Shown: piece after piece, positions 23,779-37,535 of the stretch
Position numbering within the stretch: position 1 is the stretch's first letter
Layout of the letters: every line of letters starts with the position of its first letter
Source: Camelus ferus
Taxonomy: Eukaryota
Direction of reading: 5' to 3'
DNA length: 64,000 bases
Assembly (NCBI RefSeq): GCF_009834535.1
Contig: NC_045696.1
Span: 66,836,001-66,900,000, forward strand
Program-made: the position numbers and the translations under genes
Notes under the pieces: generated by a model
What the model was told of the DNA's origin: nothing
The model's database searches: none
What the model saw: only the letters and a program-made list of their open reading frames with translations

Positions 23779-23929
23779 TTTGTAATTTATAAGTTCTTAT
23801 AATACTTATGATATTAGTATTTGTATTTAGAACACTATTATGTCTTTAAAGAGTAATCATTTTCCAGGATAATAATCTAAATTTCAAATTAGTGGCATTT
23901 GCCTAACAAGGTTGTGCTATGAAATATGT

Positions 23930-24360
23930 AAAAGAGCAAAAATTTACATATGCTATAGCATAAATACATCCTTACCCTCTGACACAGCAAACCTACACCT
24001 GAGGTTATTTCCAAAGAAAAATTTTCAAAACAAGGAAAATACATGAATGTATGAATGTATATAGATCATGACTACAGAATTGTTAATATTAGCAAAAAGT
24101 ATGTATCTCACCTAAAATCAACATATAAGACTGGTATTTAGTGTATATGCTGGCAAATCTACACAGTAAAATTATATTCAGTCCTTAAAATGATCACTGT
24201 GGCAAATTCAGGAAAATGCATATATGATACATTTAAGTTATACAGTGTTATCTGTGTTGTGGTTACAGCTATTCAAATATTATGCAAGCATCTAACTAGA
24301 TATTGGAAGGGAACTGGAAAATAGAAATGTTTAATTTGCTGGAGTGATAAAACATAGAGG
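23930..24360 (+). mobile_element. very old L1 (L1ME-like) 3' fragment
   Basis: ccctctgacacagcaaacctacacctgaggttatttccaaagaaa...; AT-rich and degraded. Confidence 0.45.
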
Positions 24361-25411
24361 CTTTTTAAAAAATCTGTTTTTAGCTGATATTATAAAACTG
24401 TGCTATTAAAAATGATCACAGTATGGTTCTAAAATGCGATCAATGTTGACAACAATTATCAGCAAAGCTAAAATGCTTCGCCCACTTCTATATCGCTAAA
24501 ATCTTATGAAAGTGGGCCAGCAAGAGAGTACTTTCAAGGAATCATAAGGAAACAAAATGAAGTGAGACATTATGTACAGTTTGTGGATCTTTCTGTGTGT
24601 ACAAGAAATTACGCAGTATGTGGAGAGTGATTCCTTCCGGGGGCCTCTTTGGGGTCCTGTTTTAGCAGCAGAGGTCTGGTGTCAGGGCTGCTGCTGCTTT
24701 AGGCAATGTTTCAAGCCCTCTCTCTGGCCCTATCTTATCGGTTTGATCAAAGCTAGTGGTAACCTATGTTCCTTGGTCTTAGAGAGCTTTCCCTTCCACC
24801 TGGATGATGTGTAGGATCTAGGTAATCCTGGATCTGATGTATTGGCGTTGGATGGCTGAGAAGTACACCAGCATCAGATGTGTGGCTGGATGTCACAAGA
24901 AGCTGAGGGCCCACAGGCAGAAGATAGGAGGGCTAAGGTCACAGTGGCAAACGGGTCTATTTTCTTGCCAGGATAATGTTAGCTACAGCAGACCAATATG
25001 TGCTCCCTGATGTGAGCAATTTAAAGTGGCAAATGATCTCCTTTCAGATCTAAACCTTTTGGCATACAAAAAATCTTCCACATGCCTGGAGAATCCGATG
25101 TACCCCCAAGAGGATTTTCCTTTACCCAGGGTCTTGAAATCAGTAGGCTCCTTTTCAATTTTCCAGACACAAAATTCTGTCTTATATCTGTTTTTATGAA
25201 CTCAACAAGCTCTCCAAGCCCACTAGAGGTTCTGATTTAACTCAAGGATGGGAGGCATGGCCCCTCTGGGCGCGAACAGCAGTTCTGTGCTCAGGTGAAA
25301 CATCAATTATAGAGGTGACACGTGTTAGGTAACACCGACAGCAAGGGAAGAATGAAGAAGAGAACACTGAAGTACATACATACATATTTTTTCTTTTATA
25401 TACAAATACAG

Positions 25412-25412
<1 letters not shown>

Positions 25413-25450
<38 letters not shown>
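25413..25450. repeat. (TG)19 microsatellite
   Basis: Read directly. Confidence 0.95.
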
Positions 25451-25452
<2 letters not shown>

Positions 25453-25629
25453 AGAAGTTTCTAGGAGATTAAGACAGTCACTTGCCCTATAAGAATGTCT
25501 TTCAAAAGTATACAAATGTTGAAATGTTTCCAGTCATTTTATCGAAATATGCTAAGTACTTAAATATTTAATCTTAAAAATTCATATGGGGAGATTGTGC
25601 AGAACGGGTATGTCTGAGAATTAATATGT

Positions 25630-25895
25630 TTGTTTAACTCCTGTATGCATATTAGAATCATTGGGAAAGCTGTGAAAAAATGTGTGTGTGTGTGTATATG
25701 TGTCTGTGTGTATATATCTAAATCAAATATATATATCACGCATATATAAATGTATATAAACCAGTGCACAACCCCCCCCCACCAGGTGTATTAAATTATT
25801 AAATCAGAATCTTTAGAGGTTGGGTCAGGGTATCAGTATTTTTCACAAACTCCCCAGGCAATTCTAATGTGTAGCCAGGATTGGAACCTCCTAGG
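25630..25895. mobile_element. MER5-family MITE with internal (TG)/(TA) expansion
   Basis: gcatattagaatcattgggaaagct...gggtatcagtatttttcacaaactccccaggcaattctaatgtgtagccaggattggaacc. Confidence 0.75.
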
Positions 25896-26879
25896 TTAAC
25901 AGATTGTAGAATGTTAGAGGGCAAAAGGCCTTAGTAATAATCTTGTCCAAGTGCTTTCTCATCTGTGTTTCTCTCCCCCATCTCATCAACAGTAGCGTTT
26001 CAGCTTGTTTTTGTTTAAGTTGTCTTTTTGTTTTCCAGTCAAATTTCATTTGAAAAAGAAAAGTTCAGAAGTAAGGAGGAAGGGAGATAAAAAATAGACC
26101 AACTAACCCTCTCTTTCCATCAGTAACAAAACTGAGACCCCACAGAGGGACACTTCCTTGCTCAAGGCTGCAGTGATTGAGATCAGAGCAAATTCATTGT
26201 TTGTTTATTCGCAAGGCATAGGGTTTTTTTTTTTTTTTTTTAAAAACTCCCCAGCAGTGCCTTGCAGTTACTTCTTTTCTTCAGTGGAAATATGCAGAAA
26301 TTCGTAAATCCAACCCCTTAGAAACAGTGATACCACTCCTGTGGTTTTGACATTCCTGTTACAAATTAGAATGTCACTATATGGAATCATTTTACAGAAT
26401 GATTCATTTTGACTTAATACTGATTATTTGAAGACATATATATTGCACACTAACTAGAACGGAAGTCCTTAACACTTACTGAGACATGCGACCCTACATC
26501 TGTTTGATTTCATGGTCCCCACTTTTCATGTCTCAAAGTCCTAAAATATATAGTTACTCCCAACAACTGACCTATGTGACTCTGGATAAGTCATGGTCAC
26601 TGTGTGACCAAACTAGACAGCGTTGGTGCACTTCCTGACTCTTCCTGGCATCAAGACGTAAGGAACTGGCTTTCTGAAAATGACTTTTATTTAAAGCCCT
26701 TAAACAACTCGGCCCTCTATCCCTCCTTTCACATCTCACGCAAACCCTGCTCAGATGGGCAGCCACTCGCCTATTCTTTTCCTTGTCATAGAGACAGAAC
26801 TTTGGTTTGAGCCCCAGGCAAGCAGCAGCAGTGAGAGGGGTTTGTGAGTCAGTCCTGTTGCCAGTTCTGGTGGCACCAC

Positions 26880-27030
26880 TCAACAGCTGGGTGGAAAAAA
26901 GTTACTTAACCTCACCAATTCTAGTGCTTCTCATCTGCAAAATGAGACACCCACTTTGTAGATTTCAAGAAGCTGAGATGTGAAAATACACATGGAGCAC
27001 AGCGACAATGCCTGGCACACACTGCGTGAG
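26880..27030 (+). mobile_element. MIR SINE
   Basis: aagttacttaacctcacc...cttctcatctgcaaaatgag...acaatgcctggcacaca. Confidence 0.7.
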
Positions 27031-28422
27031 TCAGTGCTCCGCACCTGGTGGTAATGACGTGACTTGTCCGCTTCCTACTATTCCTTCATACCTGTATTAT
27101 TTCTGATAATATCAATAACATTTCAAGACAGAAATTACTCAGCGCACTTTATGGAAGAGGCAAAGAAGCATGACAGAAGTTTAAGTTTTGCAAGATCACG
27201 TTTCCAGTGACAGAGCAAAGACTCAAATTCAAGTCTGTGTGTTTCGCTCTCTCCACTCAGTCTTGATTCTGTACTTAGCTAAAAACAGAGTGGCAGCCAC
27301 AGCAACGCCCAGCACCACTCAGCCTGGTCTTTTTCCTTTGGCTCTTTCCCTGTGACATCTGCCCTGCTCCTTAGACCCTTGGCACAGCTCGGGCTGGTTG
27401 CCTTGGGATCCACGCAGGGGAGAAGCCTTTGTGGAATGCATCCTGGAGTCCTACTTATCTTCTGAATGGGAGAAGAATTTAAGGCCCTAGGGAAAAGCCG
27501 ACGTACCAATCAAATCTCCCCTCAACAAGTCAAGAAACAATGGAGAGATAATCTATGACAGCAACTAAAAAGCTCCCTAATGCTCTAAAGTCCCTGAGAG
27601 GCCCCCGGAGGGTTTCAGATCTGAATCATTTTGACTGAGAAGGAAGTTGGTTTCAAGTGAACTTTCAGAAAGTTGAGATTCATTGTCAATAAATCTTCCC
27701 TACAGTTTCTGTCTGATGTTTCACATTCTGTTAAAACCTTTAATTCTTCCAGGGAAGCTACTAAAACAACAAGAAGCCCATTGGAAGCTTAGCAACCAAC
27801 CCACTAATGCAGCTCCAGTTCCAAGGAACTCCCAAAGGCCACATGGCAAGATTAATCCTCGAGCAAAAGTCCCCAGGGCTAATTTGAGGAGCTTTCTTTA
27901 GCCAACCCTAAACTATTAGGGATGCCCCATAAAACAATGCCCTTGTACTCCGGAATTTCAAACCTGCAAAGAAGGTTTTCATACAGACAGAACTTTGGAT
28001 TAGGCCCACTTACTCAGATCATTAAGGCTAAATCCTGCATGTGGTGTTGATCTGCATGAGAAAAGAAGAAGAAAAAAATCCTAGCACCAAATCAAGACAG
28101 GGAGTTCAGACTCAAAGAATGCAGGCAACTAACAGGACTGAACAACCGTGACTGTAGGCCAGGCATTATCACCCCCACTTGGCAGAAGAAGAAAATGAGT
28201 GTAGAGACAGTGAGCAGTTCGACCAAGTTCATTATCTAGGAAATGACAGCAGGGATTGGGCTCCCTGTAAATAAGCATAAGTCTAGGCTTTTCCACTGGA
28301 CAGTATGAATTTGTGATTTGTTTTGTTTTGCTTTGTTTTTATTTTTATTCTCCATAGGAGTAAATATTATCTAAATAATTACTGTTTTTATTTCTACCGC
28401 ATTCCCTGCTTTGCTTAAAAAT

Positions 28423-28428
<6 letters not shown>

Positions 28429-28466
<38 letters not shown>
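28429..28466. repeat. (TG)19 microsatellite preceded by (TA)3
   Basis: Read directly. Confidence 0.95.
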
Positions 28467-28469
<3 letters not shown>

Positions 28470-28779
28470 CCTCATGTTACTACAGATCAGTCTTACACCC
28501 TTAGCTCTGGCATCCTGAAAGATGGTTTTCCATAATCAGTTGGACTTCTCCCTGAGCTCTCATTCATGCTGGACATGCCTGACTTAAATTTCTGTTTTAT
28601 CCCTTTTCTAAAAGACTCGCCATTCATCTATCAAACTTTGTAGAAATCCTGAGAGAGGAATTTTCATAGCTTTCAGATCCTCACAGAAATAGGCAAATTT
28701 CTTCCTTCCCTTTTGACACACATAACTCTTGAGAAGAAACTACTGGAGTCATCTCCCTGTAACACAAAGGCTTCCTTGA

Positions 28780-29000
28780 AGTACAATACAATACTGATAC
28801 TAGTGATTGATCATATTTACTGAGACTTATTCTGTGCTAGACTCTAAACACTTTCATATACATTTGCTCAGTTTAATCTTCACACTAACCATATAAGACA
28901 GATACAATGTTATCATTTTTTTTTTTTTCTTTTTTTTTTTTTTTAACAGTTAAAGAAACTGAGTCCTGGAGAGATTGAATAATGTACTCTAGGCAGCTAA
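28780..29000 (-). mobile_element. MIR SINE with internal poly(T)
   Basis: catatttactgagacttattctgtgctagac...tttaatcttcacactaacc...aagaaactgagtcctggagag. Confidence 0.7.
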
Positions 29001-29699
29001 TAAGCTTACATCAAGAGGGAGCAAGCAGTTTTAAACTAGACTCATCTTTAAAACCTTTGTTATTTAATTCACTTTATCATAAGACATGGAAAGATAACAG
29101 CCCCATACTTCATCTTCCCACTATTTGTAAACATAGTTCCAATATCTAGTTTCAAAGTTTCTCTCTCTTTGTAGAAAACTTGGAAACCAATCTTAACTAC
29201 CCTTTATGAAATCACAAATCACAGGATTTCTGGTTTGGATGGACCTTGGTAATCTGCCTAAGCACAATTTAGTAACATCACGTTGGTGCTATATTAACTG
29301 TCAAAAAGATTTGGAATGCAGTCATATGACCCAAGCCTTCTTATGATCCTAGAATGGAATAATGTGATCATTACCATCACCATAATCCTTCCTAAGATTA
29401 TCCTTGGAAGATTTAGAGGGTGTAAAAGAACTCACTACCTTAACTTTAAGAAGTGGGGAAGTCAGTGCTCCTAGACAAGACTTGCTTCCAGTTCTCTGTG
29501 GATCAGCTCTTTTCAGTAGAGCACATCAGTATTAGATGAATGTGGAAGATCTACCCTGACCACATCAAGGGGCATAAGACATGTTATTGTGTCATGGCTG
29601 CCCAGTCAGTAATACCCATGAATCTCTGGTCCTCCATGGTGATACCACATTTGAGCCAGGATATCTATCTACTTACCCCATACTGGCATTCCTGCATTT

Positions 29700-29890
29700 G
29701 CAACTAGAAAATCACCATGTTACATATTGGTCTTCACCATGTGGGGCTTCCATTTCTCATCTGTAATTTTGAGATAATAATAGAGCTTCAGTAGCAGTGC
29801 TGTTGTGAGAACCAAATGAGACAGAGCACAGGGGAGCACAAACACTGTGCCCAACCCAGGATGAGGTGTTCAATACATGCTAATTGAAAC
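29700..29890 (+). mobile_element. MIR SINE
   Basis: cttccatttctcatctgtaattttgagataataatag...gttgtgagaaccaaatgaga. Confidence 0.7.
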
Positions 29891-30799
29891 AAAATCTGTG
29901 AATGACGGCACCTTTATTCATCAAGACCGTATTACTTAAGATGGAGACGTATCAGAAAACCATCCTGCTAGTCTTCGCTCATCACAGTGCTTCTCCTATG
30001 GCTGCTGTTTAACAACCTCAATTAGAAGAATCAAAAGAATCATCTTTAGGAGCCTCTGGGCAGGCATTTAACCTCGAGTTACCGCACAACCTGTTGATCC
30101 ACCTTTTATCAAGTCTCACTCCAGACACTTCAAATGTCCATGCAGATTAAGCGACTAAGACTTCTAAAAGGTACAAGGGGATTTATCTACTCAGCCCTGC
30201 AATCAGACAAGTGTTCCCTAGTCACCAGACAGCATCAGCACGCATAACTCTTCTGTTTCTAAAATCAGATACTGTTGAAGCTGGGATGACTTAAAATACA
30301 TTCCTTTAGTAGCTAAAATCCACGTTGGTAAATATTTTTGTAAGGTGCCATAACTCAAGCTTAATTAGCCACTTAACATTAAAATTTTAAATAGGTGACT
30401 TTCAATACAATCAATGCAGGTATGCATAAAGCTGTGTCAAAATGTCCAGATTTATAGTTTTGCCAACTCTAGAATTTTTTATATATACAACACTACTTTT
30501 TTTTTTTTTCTATTTCACTCAAAGATTTCACTCAAAACTATATTGATGAAGTATAGCTACTAACATCTAGTCATCCTGGAGTTTTTTACATCATTGTTGT
30601 AGAAGGAAAAAAAAAAAAAAACAGACAACTGGGTAATTAATTGATGGTACTTGAATTCAACTCAATAGTTCAGAATCATTGGAATGCAGTCTCCAGCCTC
30701 CTTTCCTACCCCAATACAAAATGGGAAGGATACTTCCACATTTTCAAAAGTATTTTATATTTGTTGAAGTGAATGTCAAGTCCCTAAGGAAACAACTTA

Positions 30800-31178
30800 A
30801 AAAAAACCCAAATTCATAGAAAAAGAGATCAGATTTGTGGTTGCCAGAGTCTGGGGTGGGAGGTGGGGAGTTGAGTAAAAGTGGTCAAAAGGAACAGACA
30901 TCCAGTTACAAAGTAAGTAAGTTCTGGGGATGTAATGAACAACATGATGACTATAGCTAAGAAAACCGTTGTGTATATCTGAAAGTGGCCAAGGGAGTAG
31001 ATCTTAACATTTCTCATCACAAGGAAAAATTTTTTTTCTAATTACGTTAGATGATAAATGTTAACTAAACTTATTGTGGTGATCATTTAGCAATAAATAC
31101 ATATATCAAATTATTATATTGTACACCTTAAACATGTAAATTATTACATGTCAATTGTATCTTAATAAAACTGGAAAA
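30800..31178 (+). mobile_element. L1MA9-like L1 3' end
   Basis: agatttgtggttgccagag...gttctggggatgtaatg...aaacttattgtggtgatcattt...gtcaattgtatcttaataaaactggaaaaaa. Confidence 0.85.
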
Positions 31179-32721
31179 AAGATAATGCTAGTATATAGAG
31201 ATGAACTCAGTAAGGTTTTAAATACTGAGTCACCACAGTATCAAATCATAGCTGGTGTTTATCAATCAAATACTAGTGTTAGAAATACATTCTTATGGTG
31301 AAGTGGATAGCTAGTTAAGCTTCTGTGCAGTCTGGTAGTTAAGGAGAAGGTTATATGAATTAATATACTGGAAATGATTTAAATCACTTTGTAATTTGCT
31401 TGTTATGATGAAGCAGAGACTGAAAATTAGTAATACTGCCGACTCCAGTTAACTTTCTATTAAACACCACACTGGGTTCAAGAGTCTGGTCAAGCAAACA
31501 TCATCGGGACAAACTTTAAACATGTGGAAATATGTTCCCAATTCTAGTTGAAAATAGCAAGGGATCGTACAGAATTAACCTCTAAAAATAGTTCTGTAAT
31601 TATTGGAAACTACACTAATAGAGGGATTCAATAAAAATAGTACAGTGAGTGGATCTGGACACAGGAGAAGGAGGACAGAGCAGAACAGTTAAGCATGCCA
31701 GGAACAGTCTTAAGACCTCATTCCTCACTCCCCCTCATTCCAGCCAGGTTTGGGTTCCTTCTTGAGGAACTCAGTTCTTGGGCTGTGAGGGTATCACCCA
31801 AGATCAATTCAAAGAAATATGTCTATAGGAAGTTCTCCCAGCTGTGGCTGTGGGGGAATCATGTTGTTCCTCCATGTTGTGGGGGAACAACAATTTTCAC
31901 AGGTCCACTGAGACTTCACTGACAGCTGGAGAGACCACAGAATGTTAGAGCTAGAAATAAAGGTGAGACTACTTTGCTTTAATGGCCCTAACTTTTGGAT
32001 AAAGAAACAGAGGTGCCTGAGATGGGGGATGAAGGAGAGTGACTGGTCCAATGATAAACAACAAGTTATAGCAGAGCCAGAACCCCATTCTCAGTGGAGA
32101 GCCTGACCTTCATTAGACTGATGGCAGATGTGCAGATTAAGTCAACACATACTTTGCCTATTCAGCACCAGTTTTGTTGGATTCTGTATGTATAGCTTGA
32201 TTTTTACCTACATAATAGAAAGCATTTTATTTCATTTGACTGAAAGGTTTTCCAGGAGATTGGAAATCTGAAAAGAAAAGGTAAATTTCCCAAGGTCACA
32301 GAACTAGCCAGTGGCAGAGCCTGAATTTAAACCCATGTCATCTCATTCTAAGGGCACTAACTTGTTGGGTTACTCATTGTGGCAAGGGGAGTGGTGAGAT
32401 AGAGGAAAGAAGACAAGGATTACCAACACACGGGAGATGAAAAACCCAAGGATGAAACCTTGATGAAAATACAAAGACACAATATATAAAAGTTTAGAAA
32501 AGAAACCAGCCTCATCTGTTTTTGATAGCCACCACTTTCTCCTTTTTCAATTCCCCATCCCATAACGTAGTTGATACTATCTCAAGGGAACCATTCAGTA
32601 TAAATATTTCTTTAACAAGAAGATGAACTGCTGGAAATGGTTTTCTGAAAATTTGAGACAGAAACTTCTCCTGTGTGTGGCCTGAAGACATTAAAAAAAA
32701 AATCTTAACTGCCACAAAGAG

Positions 32722-32895
32722 CAGGTACTCTAGGACCTACTTATCCTTTCTGGGATCATGACCCTTTTGAAAATCTGATGAAACTTACCGATGCTCTCAG
32801 AAAAACGCACACATCTGCACACACTTTTGCCACAGTTTCACATGCAAACAATTCATGGAATCTCCAGAAGCTCATCAGTGGACCTCAGATTCCTT
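32722..32895. mobile_element. hAT-Charlie MITE (MER103-like, subfamily uncertain)
   Basis: ggatcatgacccttttgaaaatctgatgaaa...cagaaaaacgcacac...gaagctcatcagtggacc. Confidence 0.55.
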
Positions 32896-34928
32896 AGATA
32901 AAGAATTTTTGGTTTAAAATAAGCTCAGCCACTAAGTTTTGGTGTATGATCTTGAACAAGTTAAATATAATACAGTGTCTCAATTCCTCCACCTGTAAGA
33001 AGATAGATTTTCACGTTGGTCAATCTGTCATTCTCCGCTGCTGGTGGATGCAGCCGAGTTTGGTGGAAGGTACTCCAGGAGTCAGAAAACTCCATCTGCC
33101 ATGGCAGATGTGTGATTCAAGGAAGCTTGTTTCCTCTCTCTGAGGCTTAGTCTCTGCCAATTGTAGAGTGAGGAGTTAAATACAAGCTGACCTTGTAAAG
33201 TACATTTCAGTTCTAATGTTTTGAGATTCTTAATTCAGGGAAAAGTAATGTGGGGCAGGAAACAGCTTTATCTCCCTAATAAGCCTGTAGAGCTACATTC
33301 ACCCTCTCTAAACAGAAACCCTGCCAGACCTCTCAAGCCACCGCTTATACAGACATCGTACTTGCTCCTATTAGGTCCTAGGGTGTCCAGGGGGAGCAGG
33401 GTTGCTGTAGCAGTGGGTATCAGCTTTCTGATCAGCTCCCTTGCCAAACTTGGTGGCCATAAACTCCTGGAGGACTGAATCCTATCAGCAGCCACATCTT
33501 CGTTTGTTTAACAGCACAGTGATTAGGACTCGGTTGGGTTTGGGGAGGGAATGGATCAGGAAGTAACTTCAGAGCAAGAGGAAACGAAACAGCTGTTTCT
33601 TGGACATAGGGGTGTTATAGCCAGTACATTCAGTGTCAGAAGTGAGTGGAAACTGTATCCTCTTAGGCAACCAAGTGTTTGTAATCAAGAAGCTTCCTGC
33701 AGGCACAGAAGAATCGGAATAAACCTTTCATATCTTAGGAAAGTTCACCCCCTATACTCACGTTCACTGATAATGTTTCTGAATATTTGAGGCCTAGAGA
33801 TTTGGAGATGAGTTAAATTACGCATTTTTCTAGTTCTCTAGTTACTCGTCCCTACAGTAACAGGGGGTAAAGGGGTAGGGAACATGGGGAGGGTTAGACA
33901 AGACTCCCTCTAAGGCATTTTACAGTTTGAAGATTTTTAGTGTATTTTTCTCAGAATGAAAATATTTCTTTAAACTCAATACTGTCAACCCCCAGGTTCT
34001 TTGTAAGGGACCAGACACTGCATCTTATTGTGGGACTTTTGGATATAATCATTGCTTCACTTCGCCTCTAATAGAATTGCAGGGCTGTAATAGATGAAGA
34101 CTTTGCAACTTTCAGATCACACAGCATCAGGGCTTTCTTTGAAATGAAAAGAATATAAAGAGCAACAACATACGCTAGTCCCTATCGATGTCCTTCCAAA
34201 GAGATCTCCAACTGTTTGCTCCACGGTTTACATGCCCACTCAGTTATTTAATGGGCATCTTTTGGACACCTGATACATTCCAGAGCATTGGGAATAAGAC
34301 ACTGTTTCTGCTTTCAGTATGCTCATGGTAGAGGAGAAGATACTGGGACAATGACAACACAATGCTCACAGTCCTGCTGATGTAGAGTTTTAGAATTTGA
34401 GGCACCTTATGGGGCATTGAGTACAACCACTCATTTGAGGGTTGCTATTTCTTTCCAGTGGCCCTGCCACTGTCTTGCTATTCTCTGGTCAATTCAGATC
34501 GTTGGTAGTCTTACTGTTTATTGAAGTAGCCCATTTCATTTTCAGACTAATACCAAATTCCTTTGCAATTATACAAAAATAACACAAACTAGGTTCCCAA
34601 TGTACAAAGGAAGCAAATACAATAAGGATGAGAGTGGTAGGAAGGCAGGCCATCGAAGTCCTACACCAGGCTGGCATCCAAGGTCAAGGACAAGCAGATT
34701 TCTGACACAGAGATGAACTCCTTCAAACCAGGCAGGTGGTTTCCCATTTCTTGTCTTGGTTTTCCCATCTCTAAAATGACGGGACTGGGTTGTGTAAAAG
34801 GACAGCTTTGTAGTTACATGAACACTAGGTTTGGAAATATCAAAACGGTTGTGTTTCATCACAACTAATTTGAGCCCAGTGAGCCAGTAATGGACCATGG
34901 GCTTTGAGTCGTCCTGGTTCTCCAGACT

Positions 34929-35215
34929 CTGTTAAACCTGACTGAAGACTCTTTCCTGACTGATGGCTTATTATGCCCAACTGTGTGCAGACCTATAGCC
35001 TGCTTCTCCCTTATCCGGAGTACACATTTTCACTCCATTAGCCCAGTCACCATGAAACATCTCCTTCTAGCACTTAAAACCCCTGAATCCCCCCCTAATA
35101 ACTTTCCAGTGAACTTTTTCACTGGAGGTGTGCTCCCTTACCTGGCAAGTTAGTGAGCTTTGTAATTAATTTTTTAGTTCTAGTGTGTATGTGTTTTGAT
35201 TTATTCTTTTTCAAT
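34929..35215 (+). mobile_element. possible old ERV LTR remnant
   Basis: TG...CA-bounded block with cacttaaaacccctga and gtgtgctcccttacctggcaag; family not recognised. Confidence 0.35.
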
Positions 35216-35837
35216 TAGGTGGACCCTAAGATCCTCCCCAGTCCTAGCAATCCATGAATTTGTTTCTCAGGGAGTCACAGTCAAGGGCACCTGCCACTCA
35301 CTCTTTCAAAGCCAGGATGTGAGGGTCCATGGTCGCAGAACTAAGGACAGTCCGCTAAGCTGTGTCTCAGTTTCTCTGTCTGGCATTACTACCCGGCCTC
35401 TGAGACAGTTCCTTTCCCAGCCACTCTTGTTGAGATCACTTCTCACTCACTCACTAGCTTCCATTCCCAGCCTGTGTTGAGAAGAAGAAGCCACAAATAC
35501 TGGTTCAAGGGATAAACTCAGAAATCAGTGCCTAGGGTGGATCTGGACCTGGACACTCAGAGAACACATTCCTACTGACTTCCTTTCCTCTCTTGGAACA
35601 AGGATGACCCCCAACTTTGCACCCCCTCTCCCGATCCTTCTACCAAGAAAAATCAAACAATTTAGAGACTCTATAGTCAAACTCAGTTTACAGGGACAAA
35701 ACTGTGACTCAGAAAGGTGAAGTGCAATATTCTAAGCTGCAAAGCTACCTGGGACCAGGTCAAGACTAGAATATGAAGTTTCTGATTCCCAAAGTAAGGT
35801 TCATCTCACTACTCTTTTCTTCTTCTCCCTGGCCATT

Positions 35838-35993
35838 NNNNNNNNNNNNNNNNNNNNNNNNNNNNNNNNNNNNNNNNNNNNNNNNNNNNNNNNNNNNNNN
35901 NNNNNNNNNNNNNNNNNNNNNNNNNNNNNNNNNNNNNNNNNNNNNNNNNNNNNNNNNNNNNNNNNNNNNNNNNNNNNNNNNNNNNNNNNNNNN
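35838..35993. other. assembly gap (156 N)
   Basis: N run read directly. Confidence 0.99.
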
Positions 35994-37129
35994 TCAAGGA
36001 GATTGTTTTTGAAGAAGAAATGTATGATTTCTAATTCACCCCTCAACCCTTTAAAGCTAATACCACTGGGAAGAGACAAATGCATTAAATAAATATTATT
36101 ATCACAATTCTAATTGTATAGAAAAACCAGTTGAGAGAGGAAGGGCTTTCTTTTCTTTCTTTCCTCTTTCCTGTCTTTCCCTCTTTCCTCCACTGAACAC
36201 ACACTGAAGATGAACCATGAACCAGTCCTAGAAATAAACTTCTGAGGAGTATACAGGGAACCAGGCACTACAGAGAAATTCAACAAAAATGCTACAGGAG
36301 TTCATATGAAGAAGACCTAAAAGTAGGAAGTGGGTTCTCGAAAGCATCATCTTGACTGGGCTTTAGAGGATGGAAGAAGCCGGGTGAGAGGAACAAAGGC
36401 AGGAGAAAGGAAAAGGAAGTAGCCCTGAAGACAAAATGCTAGAAGTATTCGAAACAAAGTGAGACAGAGGCAGAAATACAGGCAGGGGACAAAAGTAGGA
36501 AAGTAAATGGAAGAAAAGACAAAAACCAACATCTCAAAAAATTAGTAATAAATGAATAAACATTACACAAGGGAAAAAAAGAGAAAAAAAAAAAGAAAGC
36601 TAGTCTATTTGCTGCTTGGTCTTTACAAACTAACTCATCCAAGTCCCTTAACATCCCCTTCCTGCCTTTCCCCCCCCCCCACTAACCCCGCCCACCCACC
36701 CACACAGACTCCTCCCCTTCCAGAGGTCCCCTCAGTGCTATGGCAGTCTGCTCACTGATTCCTATCCTTGGCTATATTGAAAATAGTCTCATAGGTTTTT
36801 AGGAAGTTCTTAACATTTACCCTACATTCTGTTTGACTCTCCTCATTTCTAGTTTTCTGAGGGCCTGTCATACTTAGGGTCTTTCTTATTCTCTTCCTTT
36901 TTTCCCTCTGTATTTATTGGTTTGTCTTCATTTCATACATAATACATTAGTGCACACCCACCACAGAAATTAAAATAACACAGAGGATTATACAGTAAGA
37001 TGACAGACTCCACCTTACCCACACTACCATTCCTCTCCTCGGTTAGCTTTGTTAACTAACACTTTCTACTTTTACTTCTACTCTGTGTTTCTATATACTT
37101 CCATTTCCTGAGAGTAAATAATTATTTCC

Positions 37130-37535
37130 TGCTCTAGTGATGTGCAGATTAAGTCTAAACCCCTTAACATCACCCACAAGGTGGCACATACCCCTCTGCC
37201 CTAGTCTATTCCCATTTCCTGCTGTCGGTCTTGCACATACTAAATTACCCACACTTTTCAAAATACATCCTTCTTCTTACTTTTATGCCTACTTACATGC
37301 ACTTCCTTCTTTCTGAAATTCCCTTTTCCACCAGTTTGACTTCCTAAAGTGGAGTTCGTCGCTCTGTCCACGTTACCTTCAAAGCCCCCTGCAGGGCAAT
37401 TGTTTGATTGACTATCTCTCTTCCCTACAGGATGTTAGGTTTTTGAAGAGAGAGTGTTTCTTTCTTAGCTTGGTATTCTTGGCATCTAGCAAAGTACCTG
37501 GCACACCATAGGTACCAAATAAATGTTGAGTTCCT
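37130..37535 (+). mobile_element. L2 3' region
   Basis: Ends ttttgaagagagagtgtttctttcttagcttggtattcttggcatctagcaaagtacctggcacaccataggtaccaaataaatgttgag. Confidence 0.7.

Noticed and set aside
23238-23802. Long ORFs with X runs (also 1630-1902, 35773-36085, 47121-47597)
   Set aside because: These are artefacts of translating through N-gaps. The real residues are L1 ORF2 debris or non-coding.
26594-26610. Oestrogen response element
   Set aside because: The GGTCA/TGACC half sites are 5 nt apart, not the 3 nt of a canonical ERE.
29677-29760. Minus-strand exon (acag|ATGAG ... GG|GTAAGT)
   Set aside because: It uses the MIR core cryptic acceptor, has stops in all three frames and is a common pseudo-exon pattern.
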